Shown here: positions 54,915 to 64,000 of the stretch, piece after piece
Position numbering within the stretch: the first letter of the stretch is position 1
How the letters are laid out: the number at the start of each line of letters is the position of its first letter
Made by a program: the position numbers and the translations under genes
Assembly (NCBI RefSeq): GCF_050920415.1
Contig: NZ_CP169309.1
DNA length: 64,000 nt
Reading direction: 5' to 3' (one strand)
From: Escherichia coli
Lineage (GTDB): Bacteria > Pseudomonadota > Gammaproteobacteria > Enterobacterales > Enterobacteriaceae
Notes under the pieces: model-generated
What the model was told of the DNA's origin: nothing
What the model saw: the letters and a program-made list of their open reading frames with translations, nothing else
Databases searched by the model: none

Positions 54915-55784
54915 TTAGAACAAGTCGTTCAGCATAACCCCCACACCCACACGGGTCTGGTTAAAGTTATAGTCTATGAGCGATTCGCCATAACCGCTGT
55001 AAATCTGGGTATAAAGGCGCACATGCCTGGTGATCGGGTAACTTAAGCCTAACTCCGCACCACCGTAACCGGTGTTCCAGTTGTACTGTCCTTTCGCACT
55101 CAGCACCGCATCACCCAGGTGATAGCCGATTTTAAGCTGGTAGTAACCCATATATTTGGTGATATCTGGGTTATCGTCAGTATTCCCCACCACATACCAC
55201 GGCTTCACCTCTACCAGCCAGTTACCGTTTTCTGCCATCAGACGGGTATAAAGGCGGTTCCAGCTGCGGGAAGTCGGGTCTGAACGCCCGTTAGAGTCGT
55301 GGTTATAACCCATCTCCACATCGCGCAGCGTCCAGCCAGCAAAGCGGTAATCGGTGGCAAAGCCAAGGAACAATTGCGGTTCGTAGTTGGTTTCACGAAA
55401 CGGTGAAGACTCTTCGCTGTTGGACAGTTGCCACCAGGATTTTTGCGTGTAAGAAGCCCCCAACACCGAGTTTGGCCCCAATATTCCGCGCCACAGCGGA
55501 AATGCCAGGCTCAACTGGAATTTCACTTCATCCTTACGCGCATTTTCCGCCCAGTCGTAACTGGCAATCGCTTCTTTATTCAGATCGCTGGTTTGGGTGT
55601 AGATGAGGTAGTTGGTGTCATAAGGATAGAGCGTGAAAGGATTGTCATGCTCCTGCAGCATATTCGCGATAATACTGCCACGCACCGCAGGCGTGTCATG
55701 CACCTCTTTCACCGTTGCCTCTTGCGCATACACTGCCATTGGCAACATAAACACCGGCAACAACCAGCCCTGCAGAGTCCGCAT
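54915..55784 (-). CDS. pldA: Outer membrane phospholipase A
   Basis: 289 aa with signal peptide and beta-barrel OMPLA sequence. Confidence 0.95.
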   Translation of the reverse strand: MRTLQGWLLPVFMLPMAVYAQEATVKEVHDTPAVRGSIIANMLQEHDNPFTLYPYDTNYLIYTQTSDLNKEAIASYDWAENARKDEVKFQLSLAFPLWRGILGPNSVLGASYTQKSWWQLSNSEESSPFRETNYEPQLFLGFATDYRFAGWTLRDVEMGYNHDSNGRSDPTSRSWNRLYTRLMAENGNWLVEVKPWYVVGNTDDNPDITKYMGYYQLKIGYHLGDAVLSAKGQYNWNTGYGGAELGLSYPITRHVRLYTQIYSGYGESLIDYNFNQTRVGVGVMLNDLF

Positions 55785-55948
55785 CGGTCGTGTTCTCCGT
55801 AACGAATTATTGATTAGATGAATATTTTTCTGCGGGCTATTTTACATACTTAACTCCTTTGCCGTTAGTTATCCCTTCCTAAAGTAGAAACCAACAAAAA
55901 AGAAGCATAAAATCAACATTTCATTAACCAATGAAGTGTAAGGATGAT

Positions 55949-56416
55949 ATGTCTGCCGTACTGACCGCTGAACAAGCCCTGAAATTAGTGGGTGAGATGT
56001 TTGTTTATCACATGCCATTTAACCGTGCGTTAGGGATGGAACTGGAGCGTTACGAAAAAGAGTTCGCACAGCTGGCCTTTAAAAATCAGCCAATGATGGT
56101 GGGTAACTGGGCGCAAAGCATTTTGCACGGCGGGGTCATTGCGTCGGCGCTGGATGTCGCCGCAGGTCTGGTGTGCGTGGGAAGTACCTTAACCCGCCAC
56201 GAAACCATCAGTGAAGATGAACTACGCCAGCGGCTATCGCGGATGGGGACCATTGATCTTCGCGTCGATTATCTGCGCCCAGGCAGGGGTGAGCGTTTTA
56301 CTGCTACCAGTAGTCTGTTGCGTGCGGGCAATAAAGTCGCCGTCGCCCGCGTTGAATTACACAATGAAGAACAGCTTTATATAGCCAGTGCCACCGCCAC
56401 CTATATGGTAGGTTGA
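55949..56416 (+). CDS. yigI: Hotdog-fold acyl-CoA thioesterase YigI (start at MSAVLTAEQ)
   Basis: 155 aa PaaI-like thioesterase fold. Confidence 0.8.
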   Translation: MSAVLTAEQALKLVGEMFVYHMPFNRALGMELERYEKEFAQLAFKNQPMMVGNWAQSILHGGVIASALDVAAGLVCVGSTLTRHETISEDELRQRLSRMGTIDLRVDYLRPGRGERFTATSSLLRAGNKVAVARVELHNEEQLYIASATATYMVG

Positions 56417-56467
56417 TAACGTAAAAGCAGGTAAACTGCTGTTACCAATTAAAAATGAGTATTCCCG

Positions 56468-57358
56468 ATGGATGCAAAACAAACGCGGCAGGGCGTATTA
56501 CTCGCTCTTGCCGCTTATTTTATTTGGGGTATTGCGCCAGCGTACTTCAAGCTGATTTACTACGTGCCCGCCGATGAGATCCTGACGCATCGCGTGATCT
56601 GGTCGTTTTTCTTTATGGTGGTGCTGATGAGCATCTGCCGCCAGTGGTCTTATTTAAAAACGCTAATTCAGACGCCACAGAAAATTTTTATGCTGGCCGT
56701 CTCTGCCGTACTGATTGGCGGCAACTGGCTACTGTTTATCTGGGCGGTGAACAATCACCATATGCTGGAAGCGAGCCTCGGTTATTTTATTAACCCACTG
56801 GTGAACATTGTGCTGGGGATGATTTTCCTCGGCGAGCGATTCCGCCGGATGCAATGGCTGGCGGTGATTCTGGCGATATGTGGTGTATTGGTCCAGCTCT
56901 GGACTTTTGGTTCGCTGCCAATCATCGCGCTGGGGCTGGCGTTTAGTTTTGCCTTCTACGGCCTGGTACGCAAGAAAATTGCCGTTGAAGCGCAAACCGG
57001 CATGTTAATCGAAACCATGTGGCTGCTGCCCGTGGCGGCGATTTACCTGTTTGCTATTGCCGACAGCTCAACCAGCCATATGGGGCAAAACCCGATGTCG
57101 CTTAATTTACTGCTGATCGCCGCCGGTATTGTCACCACCGTTCCACTGTTGTGTTTTACTGCGGCTGCGACACGCCTGCGTCTCTCAACGTTAGGCTTTT
57201 TTCAGTACATTGGCCCGACGCTGATGTTCCTGCTGGCTGTGACGTTTTATGGTGAAAAACCGGGTGCCGATAAGATGGTGACCTTCGCCTTTATTTGGGT
57301 GGCGCTGGCAATTTTTGTGATGGATGCGATTTATACGCAGCGTAGAACGTCCAAATAA
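56468..57358 (+). CDS. rarD: EamA-family transporter RarD
   Basis: 296 aa ten-TM DMT-superfamily protein. Confidence 0.9.
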   Translation: MDAKQTRQGVLLALAAYFIWGIAPAYFKLIYYVPADEILTHRVIWSFFFMVVLMSICRQWSYLKTLIQTPQKIFMLAVSAVLIGGNWLLFIWAVNNHHMLEASLGYFINPLVNIVLGMIFLGERFRRMQWLAVILAICGVLVQLWTFGSLPIIALGLAFSFAFYGLVRKKIAVEAQTGMLIETMWLLPVAAIYLFAIADSSTSHMGQNPMSLNLLLIAAGIVTTVPLLCFTAAATRLRLSTLGFFQYIGPTLMFLLAVTFYGEKPGADKMVTFAFIWVALAIFVMDAIYTQRRTSK

Positions 57359-57668
57359 AAAATAAATATATTCTGAAAAAATATGCCGACTCTTGCATGA
57401 GAGTGGGCATATTGCCATGCTGACAGGAGACTCACATAAGGAAAGGCAGAATTTCCAGACGTCGTTGTATATTTTCATTTGCTTTAATAAATTTCATTTT
57501 TGGTAAATTCAGCATTATGTTATTAGCGATGAGCAAGACCAATCATTAACCAAGTTCTCTTCAGAATGTAATGAAAAATGTGAAGTGCATTTCTTTTTTA
57601 AAATTTTTTTACCCTATTATTTCTTATCAAATTAACATTGCCCTTAATTATAAGAAAGGAGAATATAA

Positions 57669-58517
57669 ATGAACAACATATTAGGCTCATCAATTAATAT
57701 GCCCTGTACACTTTTCGAAACTATTACTTTATTCGATGATTTTTCTGCTGATGATATGCAGTATGGGGATATGGAAGAACAAGATTTTCTCTCACTCGGC
57801 TTAAGCGACATCTCTGCAAAAGTTGATCCTTACCGCCTCATTAAATACCATTTTCCTGGGCCGAATTCTACTTATGGTGCTTTTAGTGTTCCAACTTCTG
57901 GAACAAAAATATCACAAAGTGAATGTATTGATATTTTATTTGCAGAAATGAAAGATCTGGCAAAAATGTTTTCCTTTTTTGGACAATACAAAACACTCAT
58001 CCAGGATCTGATTGATCATTTTAGATATGGAAATGGCAACAGTTTCCATAGCCAGGAATTGAACTTATCTTTTCATGAACGAATAAACAAATATGATTAT
58101 AATAGCCCAATACGTGTAATCAAAGAATGTATCGAAAATGATATTTCTTCAACACCTACGATAGGATACCGGCCTCTTCTCCTACAAAAGATTAAGACCG
58201 AATTACTTTCATCAAGACTAAATAAATTCAATGATTTTAAAGATAATTTTAATGGCCTGGGAATCAGCATTCATGATATCTCAGCTCAAAAAATATCTCT
58301 TTTAAATTTTCAAAAATATCCTATGGGCTGGAGCGCTACCATTCATTTCATAGCACAAGACCACTTTGGTTTGGATGTGACTGATATAAAAAACAAGATT
58401 TACAACAAGTATAGATTTTTTCGCATATGGTTCTTTTTACAACGGCATAAAGACTTTGCTTTCAAACCTTTTTTTACCAATTTTAACACTATCGAAAGAA
58501 TCGAAAATTATCTATGA
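57669..58517 (+). CDS. Hypothetical protein (282 aa), AT-rich accessory gene
   Basis: ORF preceded by AGGAGA RBS; low-GC codon usage unlike neighbours; no family recognised. Confidence 0.45.
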   Translation: MNNILGSSINMPCTLFETITLFDDFSADDMQYGDMEEQDFLSLGLSDISAKVDPYRLIKYHFPGPNSTYGAFSVPTSGTKISQSECIDILFAEMKDLAKMFSFFGQYKTLIQDLIDHFRYGNGNSFHSQELNLSFHERINKYDYNSPIRVIKECIENDISSTPTIGYRPLLLQKIKTELLSSRLNKFNDFKDNFNGLGISIHDISAQKISLLNFQKYPMGWSATIHFIAQDHFGLDVTDIKNKIYNKYRFFRIWFFLQRHKDFAFKPFFTNFNTIERIENYL

Positions 58518-58942
58518 AAAGCAAACTCCAGAAAATTATATTATATTTATTTCTTATATGCTGCATCTATAATTTATGGACATTGCGTCCTGTACAGATT
58601 TTGTATACATACTCTGATGCTGGCAATTCAGTCTTTCTGGTCGTTGATCATCTGCCATGGACTGATAGCGATAAAATAAATTGGTATCTGAAGCATCAGG
58701 ATGAAATTAAAAGTCAAAATCCCCTACCAGAAGGTAGTTGGCATACCTGGTATGTTATTGATATCGGTAATGGCTTCACTGACTATAAAAAATATATCGA
58801 AGGGCTGTATGAAGATCTCTACTGTTTCCCGACGATTAAGAGCAATGATAATTGCATCGTAAAAAACTATTTAATGGTTATTAATGAATATCCTTACCGT
58901 AATACTCATTTTTTATTGCTGATAACAATGAGTATCAACTAA
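58514..58942 (+). CDS. Hypothetical small protein with N-terminal signal-anchor (142 aa)
   Basis: ATG overlaps the upstream stop (ATGA); hydrophobic N-terminus KIILYLFLICCIYNLW. Confidence 0.45.
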   Translation: MKSKLQKIILYLFLICCIYNLWTLRPVQILYTYSDAGNSVFLVVDHLPWTDSDKINWYLKHQDEIKSQNPLPEGSWHTWYVIDIGNGFTDYKKYIEGLYEDLYCFPTIKSNDNCIVKNYLMVINEYPYRNTHFLLLITMSIN

Positions 58943-59045
58943 CCCAGGAAAATAAGATAGAGCGAGTGTTCAACCCGCATGACTTTGAAAAAGACAATTT
59001 TCAGCAATAAGCCGGATAAAGAACAATCTTTACCCGGCATTTATA

Positions 59046-59996
59046 TTACAACCAGTTCTTCCGCTTAAAGTAAAGATACGGTGCCAGGCCCGCGAGGATC
59101 ATAAAGATAATCGCGCCTGGGTAGCCGAAGCTCCACTTCAGTTCCGGCATAAACTCAAAGTTCATCCCGTAGCTGGAAGCGACCAGCGTCGGTGGCAGGA
59201 ACACCACGGATACCACCGAGAAGATTTTAATGATGCGGTTCTGCTCGATATTGATAAAGCCCATCGCCGCCTGCATCAGGAAGTTCACCTTCTGGAACAG
59301 GGATTCGTTATGCGGCAGCAGGGATTCGATATCTCGCAGGATTTCACGCGCCTGCTCCAGTTGCCCACCCGGTAAGCGTGCTTTACGTACCAGGAAGTTG
59401 AGCGCGCGCTGGGTATCCATCAGACACAGGCGAACTTTCCAGCCGATATCTTCCAGTTCCGCCAGCGTGGAGAGCGCCTCGTCGTACTCATCGCCCTGAT
59501 GCCCTTCCATAATCACCCGGCTCAACTGCTCCAGGTCGCTGTAGATATTTTCAATTTCATCTGCCAGCTGTTCGATTTTGGTTTCGAACAGATCCAACAG
59601 CAGCTCGTAGGCGTTACCGTCCACCATTGACTGGCTACGGGCGCGCATACGATACAGACGGAATGCAGGCAGTTCACGCTCACGCAGAGTAAACAGACGA
59701 CCATCACGGATGGTAAATGCCACAGTGGAGTTACCGGCGTGATCTTCCGCATCTTCAAAGAAGAAGAAGGAGTGAATATGCAGGCCGTCATCGTCTTCAA
59801 AGAAACGCGCTGATGCTTCGATGTCTTCCAGTTCCGGGCGTGTTGCCAGGCTCTGGCCAAGTTCAGATTGTACGCGCAGTCGCTCGTCGTCGTCCGGTTC
59901 GACAAGATCAATCCATACTGCATTTACAAGGGGTTGTGACTCTTCGACTTCCAGCCGGGTCAGTCGGTTATTTTCCAGTTGAAATGCGCTCAGCAT
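59046..59996 (-). CDS. corA: Magnesium/cobalt transporter CorA (start at [10 protein letters not shown])
   Basis: 316 aa with YGMNF motif and two C-terminal TM helices. Confidence 0.95.
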   Translation of the reverse strand: MLSAFQLENNRLTRLEVEESQPLVNAVWIDLVEPDDDERLRVQSELGQSLATRPELEDIEASARFFEDDDGLHIHSFFFFEDAEDHAGNSTVAFTIRDGRLFTLRERELPAFRLYRMRARSQSMVDGNAYELLLDLFETKIEQLADEIENIYSDLEQLSRVIMEGHQGDEYDEALSTLAELEDIGWKVRLCLMDTQRALNFLVRKARLPGGQLEQAREILRDIESLLPHNESLFQKVNFLMQAAMGFINIEQNRIIKIFSVVSVVFLPPTLVASSYGMNFEFMPELKWSFGYPGAIIFMILAGLAPYLYFKRKNWL

Positions 59997-60365
59997 GACC
60001 GGGACTCCCAATGCTTAAAATATCGGACAGTTCGGTGGGCACACAGAAACAAATTGGGTTTCAGACCATTAAACAGCCTGACTCAGCGCGACGGGAAAAA
60101 TTGAGGTCGCTGACAACCGCTAAGGCTATCAGCAAAAAGGGATAGCCTTAGGAGTTGATCCTGGATGACAGGATAATGAGCCAGTATCTACTGGGTGTGT
60201 CCAAGGCGAATGTCCTCTTAGAGTGATCGTGCGCGCATGTTACGCCAGCAAAATTTTGCCGTCAACACGCAACAGAACACCACAGAACAATAGTTGAACT
60301 TCGCGCTTTTTGGTACTCGTCAAGGTCGCTAACAGGATAAAAAAATCCCACATCCAGGACCTATA

Positions 60366-61130
60366 ATGGCGCATCGGCTACTCATTGGTAAAGGAATGAT
60401 CACCTTGAATCTCAAACGGATTTTTCTCGCCCTCACCTTACTTCCCTTGTTTGCTGTTGCCGCTGATGATTGCGCACTATCAGATCCGACACTGACCATA
60501 CAGGCGTATACCGTTAATCCTCAAACAGAGCGGGTGAAAATGTACTGGCAAAAAGCCAATGGCGAAGCGTGGGAAACGTTACATGCGCTGCTGACGGATA
60601 TTAATAGTCAGGGTCAGGTGCAAATGGCGATGAACGGCAGCATCTATGATGAAAGCTATGCGCCGCTCGGTTTGTACATCGAAAACGGTCAGCAGAAGGT
60701 GGCGTTAAATCTCGCTTCAGGTGAAGGGAATTTCTTTATCCGTCCTGGCGGTGTGTTTTATGTCGCGGGAGATAAAGTCGGCATCGTTCGTCTGGATGCC
60801 TTTAAAACCAGTAAAGAGATTCAGTTCGCGGTGCAGTCAGGGCCAATGTTGATGGAAAACGGCGTCATTAATCCGCGTATTCATCCCAACGTCGCCTCAC
60901 GCAAAATTCGTAACGGTGTTGGGATTAATAAACAAGGGAACGCCGTGTTTTTGTTGAGCCAGCAGGTGACAAATTTTTATGATTTTGCCTGTTATGCCAA
61001 AACGAAACTGAACGTTGAGCAACTGCTTTATCTTGATGGCACGATTTCACATATGTATGTGAAAGGCGGGGCAATCCCGTGGCAACGCTATCCTTTTGTT
61101 ACCATGATTTCCGTCGAGCAGAAAAGTTAA
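60366..61130 (+). CDS. yigE: DUF2233-family periplasmic protein YigE
   Basis: 254 aa with signal peptide; conserved position between corA and uvrD. Confidence 0.8.
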   Translation: MAHRLLIGKGMITLNLKRIFLALTLLPLFAVAADDCALSDPTLTIQAYTVNPQTERVKMYWQKANGEAWETLHALLTDINSQGQVQMAMNGSIYDESYAPLGLYIENGQQKVALNLASGEGNFFIRPGGVFYVAGDKVGIVRLDAFKTSKEIQFAVQSGPMLMENGVINPRIHPNVASRKIRNGVGINKQGNAVFLLSQQVTNFYDFACYAKTKLNVEQLLYLDGTISHMYVKGGAIPWQRYPFVTMISVEQKS

Positions 61131-61165
61131 AACAACCGTTTTGTGTCACTGAATATGGTGCAGAT

Positions 61166-61269
61166 GCCGGATGCGGCGCAAACGCCTTACCCGGCCTACA
61201 TGACATTGCAATTTATTGAATCTACATGATTTTGTAGGCCGGATAAGGTGCGCAGCACCGCATCCGGCA
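61166..61269. repeat. RIP-type BIME: inverted REP pair with putative IHF-site spacer
   Basis: gccggatgcggcgcaaacgccttacccggcctac ... tgcaatttattgaatctacatg ... taggccggataaggtgcgcagcaccgcatccggca. Confidence 0.65.
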
Positions 61270-61272
61270 ACG

Positions 61273-63435
61273 TTATACCGTCTCCAGCCGGGCGTAAGCC
61301 GCCACCAGCCATTTAATACCCTGGCCCTGGAATGCCACCTGCAAACGGCTATGCTCACCGCTGCCTTCCATATTGACGATGGTGCCTTCACCAAACTTGG
61401 CGTGGCGTACGCGCTGGCCGAGCTTGTAGCCGCTGTCGTTCTCGACCATCGGCGTACCCATCCGTTGATGGCTGACCGGGCGGCTTACCGTAGCGCGTAA
61501 ACGCACCTCTTCCACACACTCTTCCGGCAGCTCACCAATAAAGCGCGACGGGCGATGGTAAACCTCTTTGCCATACAGACGGCGGGTTTCCGCGTAGGTC
61601 AGTGTCAGTTTCTGCATCGCGCGGGTTACGCCAACGTAGGCCAGACGGCGTTCTTCTTCCAGACGCCCGCCTTCATCCAGCGACATCTGGCTTGGGAACA
61701 TGCCCTCTTCCATACCAACAATAAACACCTGCGGGAATTCCAGACCTTTCGCCGAGTGTAGCGTCATCAGCTGTACCGCATCCTGCCAGGTATCCGCCTG
61801 CCCTTCACCTGCTTCCAGTGCCGCATGGGAGAGGAACGCCTGCAGCGGCATTAAATCTTCGTCTTCTTCGTTGTAGCTGAACTGGCGCGTTGCCGTCACC
61901 AGTTCCTCTAAGTTTTCGATACGCGTCTGGCCTTTTTCGCCCTTCTCCTGCTCGTACATGGTGCGCAGGCCGGAGTCTTTAATTACCCGGTCAGTCTGTA
62001 CATGCAGCGGCATATCGGCAGTTTCTTGCGCTAAGGCGTCGATCAGTTCCATAAACCGTTGCAAAGCGCTGGCAGCACGCCCGGCGAGCGCTTTTTCCTG
62101 CAATAATTCGCGGCACGCCTGCCAGAGTGTTAACTGGCGATCGCGCGATGTCTGACGTACCACGTCCAGCGTCCGGTCACCAATACCCCGCGTTGGCGTA
62201 TTCACCACGCGCTCAAAGGCCGCGTCGTCGTTACGGTTGGCAATCAGGCGCAGATACGAGAGCGCATCTTTGATTTCCTGGCGTTCGAAGAAGCGCATCC
62301 CGCCATAAATACGGTACGGCATACTGGCTTGTAATAACGCCTCTTCCAGCACGCGCGACTGGGCGTTGCTGCGATAGAGAATGGCGCACTCGGCGAGCGC
62401 CCCGCCCTTGTCCTGCCAGGTCTTGATGCGGTTAACCACAAAACGCGCTTCGTCGAGTTCGTTAAAAGCGCAATAGAGGGAAATCGGCTCACCGTCCGCG
62501 CCATCGGTCCACAACTTTTTACCCAAACGCCCGTTGTTGTTTTCAATCAGGGCGTTCGCCGCGCTCAGGATATTGCTGGTAGAGCGGTAGTTTTGCTCCA
62601 GACGGATAGTTTCGGCACCGGGGAAATCATTGAGGAAACGCTGAATATTCTCTACCTGCGCCCCACGCCAGCCGTAGATTGACTGGTCGTCATCGCCAAC
62701 AATCATCACTTTGCCAGTATCGCCCGCCAGCAGGCGGATCCACGCGTACTGAATGTTGTTGGTATCCTGGAATTCGTCCACCAGGATATTGGTAAAACGT
62801 TCGCGGTAGTGTTGCAGGATATGCGGCTTGTTAAGCCACAGTTCGTGGGCGCGTAGCAGTAGTTCAGCGAAGTCCACCAGGCCCGCGCGGTCACACGCTT
62901 CCTGATACGCCTGGTACACCTTCTGCCAGGTCTGCTCCACCGGATTACCGTAGCTTTGAATATGATGCGGACGCAGCCCTTCATCTTTCTGGCTGTTGAT
63001 GTACCACATTGCCTGGCGCGGCGGCCACTGCTTCTCGTCGAGGTTCATGGCTTTGATCAGACGCTTAAGCAGGCGCAGCTGGTCTTCGCTGTCGAGGATC
63101 TGGAAATCCTGCGGCAGGTTGGCGTCCATATGGTGCGCACGCAGCAGACGGTGTGCCAGCCCGTGGAAAGTGCCGACCCACATACCGCCCTGGCTGGTAC
63201 CCATCAGTTGCCCGATACGATGGCGCATTTCCGCCGCCGCTTTGTTGGTAAATGTCACCGCCATAATCGAGTACGGCGAGCAGTTTTCCACGCTCATCAG
63301 CCAGGCGATACGATGCACCAGTACGCGCGTCTTACCACTGCCCGCGCCCGCCAGCACCAAAAGGTTGCTGCGTGGCGCGGCCACCGCTTCGCGCTGTTTG
63401 TCATTAAGGCTGTCGAGCAGGTAAGAAACGTCCAT
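61273..63435 (-). CDS. uvrD: DNA helicase II UvrD (start at MDVSYLLDSL; track ORF has a 62 codon in-frame upstream extension)
   Basis: 720 aa SF1 helicase with Walker A GAGSGKT. Confidence 0.97.
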   Translation of the reverse strand: MDVSYLLDSLNDKQREAVAAPRSNLLVLAGAGSGKTRVLVHRIAWLMSVENCSPYSIMAVTFTNKAAAEMRHRIGQLMGTSQGGMWVGTFHGLAHRLLRAHHMDANLPQDFQILDSEDQLRLLKRLIKAMNLDEKQWPPRQAMWYINSQKDEGLRPHHIQSYGNPVEQTWQKVYQAYQEACDRAGLVDFAELLLRAHELWLNKPHILQHYRERFTNILVDEFQDTNNIQYAWIRLLAGDTGKVMIVGDDDQSIYGWRGAQVENIQRFLNDFPGAETIRLEQNYRSTSNILSAANALIENNNGRLGKKLWTDGADGEPISLYCAFNELDEARFVVNRIKTWQDKGGALAECAILYRSNAQSRVLEEALLQASMPYRIYGGMRFFERQEIKDALSYLRLIANRNDDAAFERVVNTPTRGIGDRTLDVVRQTSRDRQLTLWQACRELLQEKALAGRAASALQRFMELIDALAQETADMPLHVQTDRVIKDSGLRTMYEQEKGEKGQTRIENLEELVTATRQFSYNEEDEDLMPLQAFLSHAALEAGEGQADTWQDAVQLMTLHSAKGLEFPQVFIVGMEEGMFPSQMSLDEGGRLEEERRLAYVGVTRAMQKLTLTYAETRRLYGKEVYHRPSRFIGELPEECVEEVRLRATVSRPVSHQRMGTPMVENDSGYKLGQRVRHAKFGEGTIVNMEGSGEHSRLQVAFQGQGIKWLVAAYARLETV

Positions 63436-63518
63436 TGGCACCGCCGCGTAAAAATAGGTTGGGCGGAGAAGCGCAACGCCCTCCGCCAAAAAGCTGGGTA
63501 TATATACAGATTTGCTGA

Positions 63519-64000
63519 TTATATCAGCGAGGTCAGAGATGCCAACCGGGAAATTTCCAGATGCGGGAGTAAACGGCTGTCCCAGGTTTGCATCAGATCG
63601 CCATTTTCCGGTCTGATCCAACAGGCCTGCATTCCGCTGCGAATTGCCCCACCCACGTCAGTGGTGAGATCGTCCCCGACATGTAAGATCTCGCCGATCG
63701 GCACGTTGAGTTTTTCCGCCGCCAGGAAGTACATATCGCTGAACGGTTTTGAGCGCCCGTGCGGGCCAGCACGCAGCACAAACTCAAAATAATCCCCCAA
63801 ACCAAACAGCTCCGGCTGGGCGTTACCGTTGGTGATCGCCACCAGCGGCCATTTCTTCGCCAGCTGTTTTAAGGTGTCGTGGGTTTGCTGCGGAACGTCG
63901 ATCCGGCTACGCCATTTGGCAAAGTTGATCATTGCCGCGTGTGCGCCTGCACTGGCTTCTTCTGCGCTCAGCCCGGCGTCAAGCATCGCTTGTTCTATTG
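63519..64000 (-). CDS. yigB: HAD-family phosphatase YigB, 3' portion only (5' end lies beyond the window edge)
   Basis: C-terminal HAD motifs ([12 protein letters not shown]); the ORF is open to the window end. Confidence 0.8.

Noticed and set aside
57669-58942. Possibility that the rarD-corA ORFs are simply the K-12 yigG/yigF genes
   Set aside because: Sizes (282 and 142 aa) and the AT-rich composition do not match my recollection of the two ~126 aa K-12 proteins, so I report them as a distinct module, but I could not verify this without a database search.
61273-63621. 782 aa extended UvrD ORF
   Set aside because: The upstream 62 codons are just stop-free sequence; the canonical MDVSYLLDSL start at 63435 gives the expected 720 aa.
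62956-63792. 278 aa ORF on the plus strand
   Set aside because: Antisense to uvrD and yigB; no support.

Overview
This 64 kb window reads as an Escherichia coli-type chromosomal segment, running yihI-csrC-engB-spf-polA through uvrD-yigB, in the inverse orientation to the K-12 map as I recall it. It carries a complete rrnA-type rRNA operon on the minus strand (16S, tRNA-Ile, tRNA-Ala, 23S, 5S), the fadBA, tatABCD and ubiE-ubiJ-ubiB clusters, and metE/metR, recQ, pldA, corA and uvrD. Most genes are intact core genes identified by recognisable protein sequence; no similarity search was run. Four segments look accessory relative to my memory of K-12: (1) a ~1.28 kb IS110-family element (IS621-like) inserted in a REP element between fadA and fre, with a ~190 nt structured non-coding 5' end that I interpret as a bridge RNA, and a recombinase ORF broken by two single-base frameshifts; (2) an AT-rich islet between dlhH and metE with an Hcp-like ORF followed in the same frame, after one TAA, by a toxin-like ORF and a small overlapping winged-helix-like ORF; (3) a ~5.5 kb metabolic island between rmuC and udp (IclR regulator, DgoK-like kinase, DgoA-like aldolase, TctCBA transporter); (4) an AT-rich two-gene module between rarD and corA. 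Smaller observations: the tRNA-Ile copy appears to lack one D-stem nucleotide, tatB has an altered C-terminus from a homopolymer +1, and there are several REP/RIP repeats. All coordinates were derived by hand and may be off by a few bases. No CRISPR array or prophage was seen.
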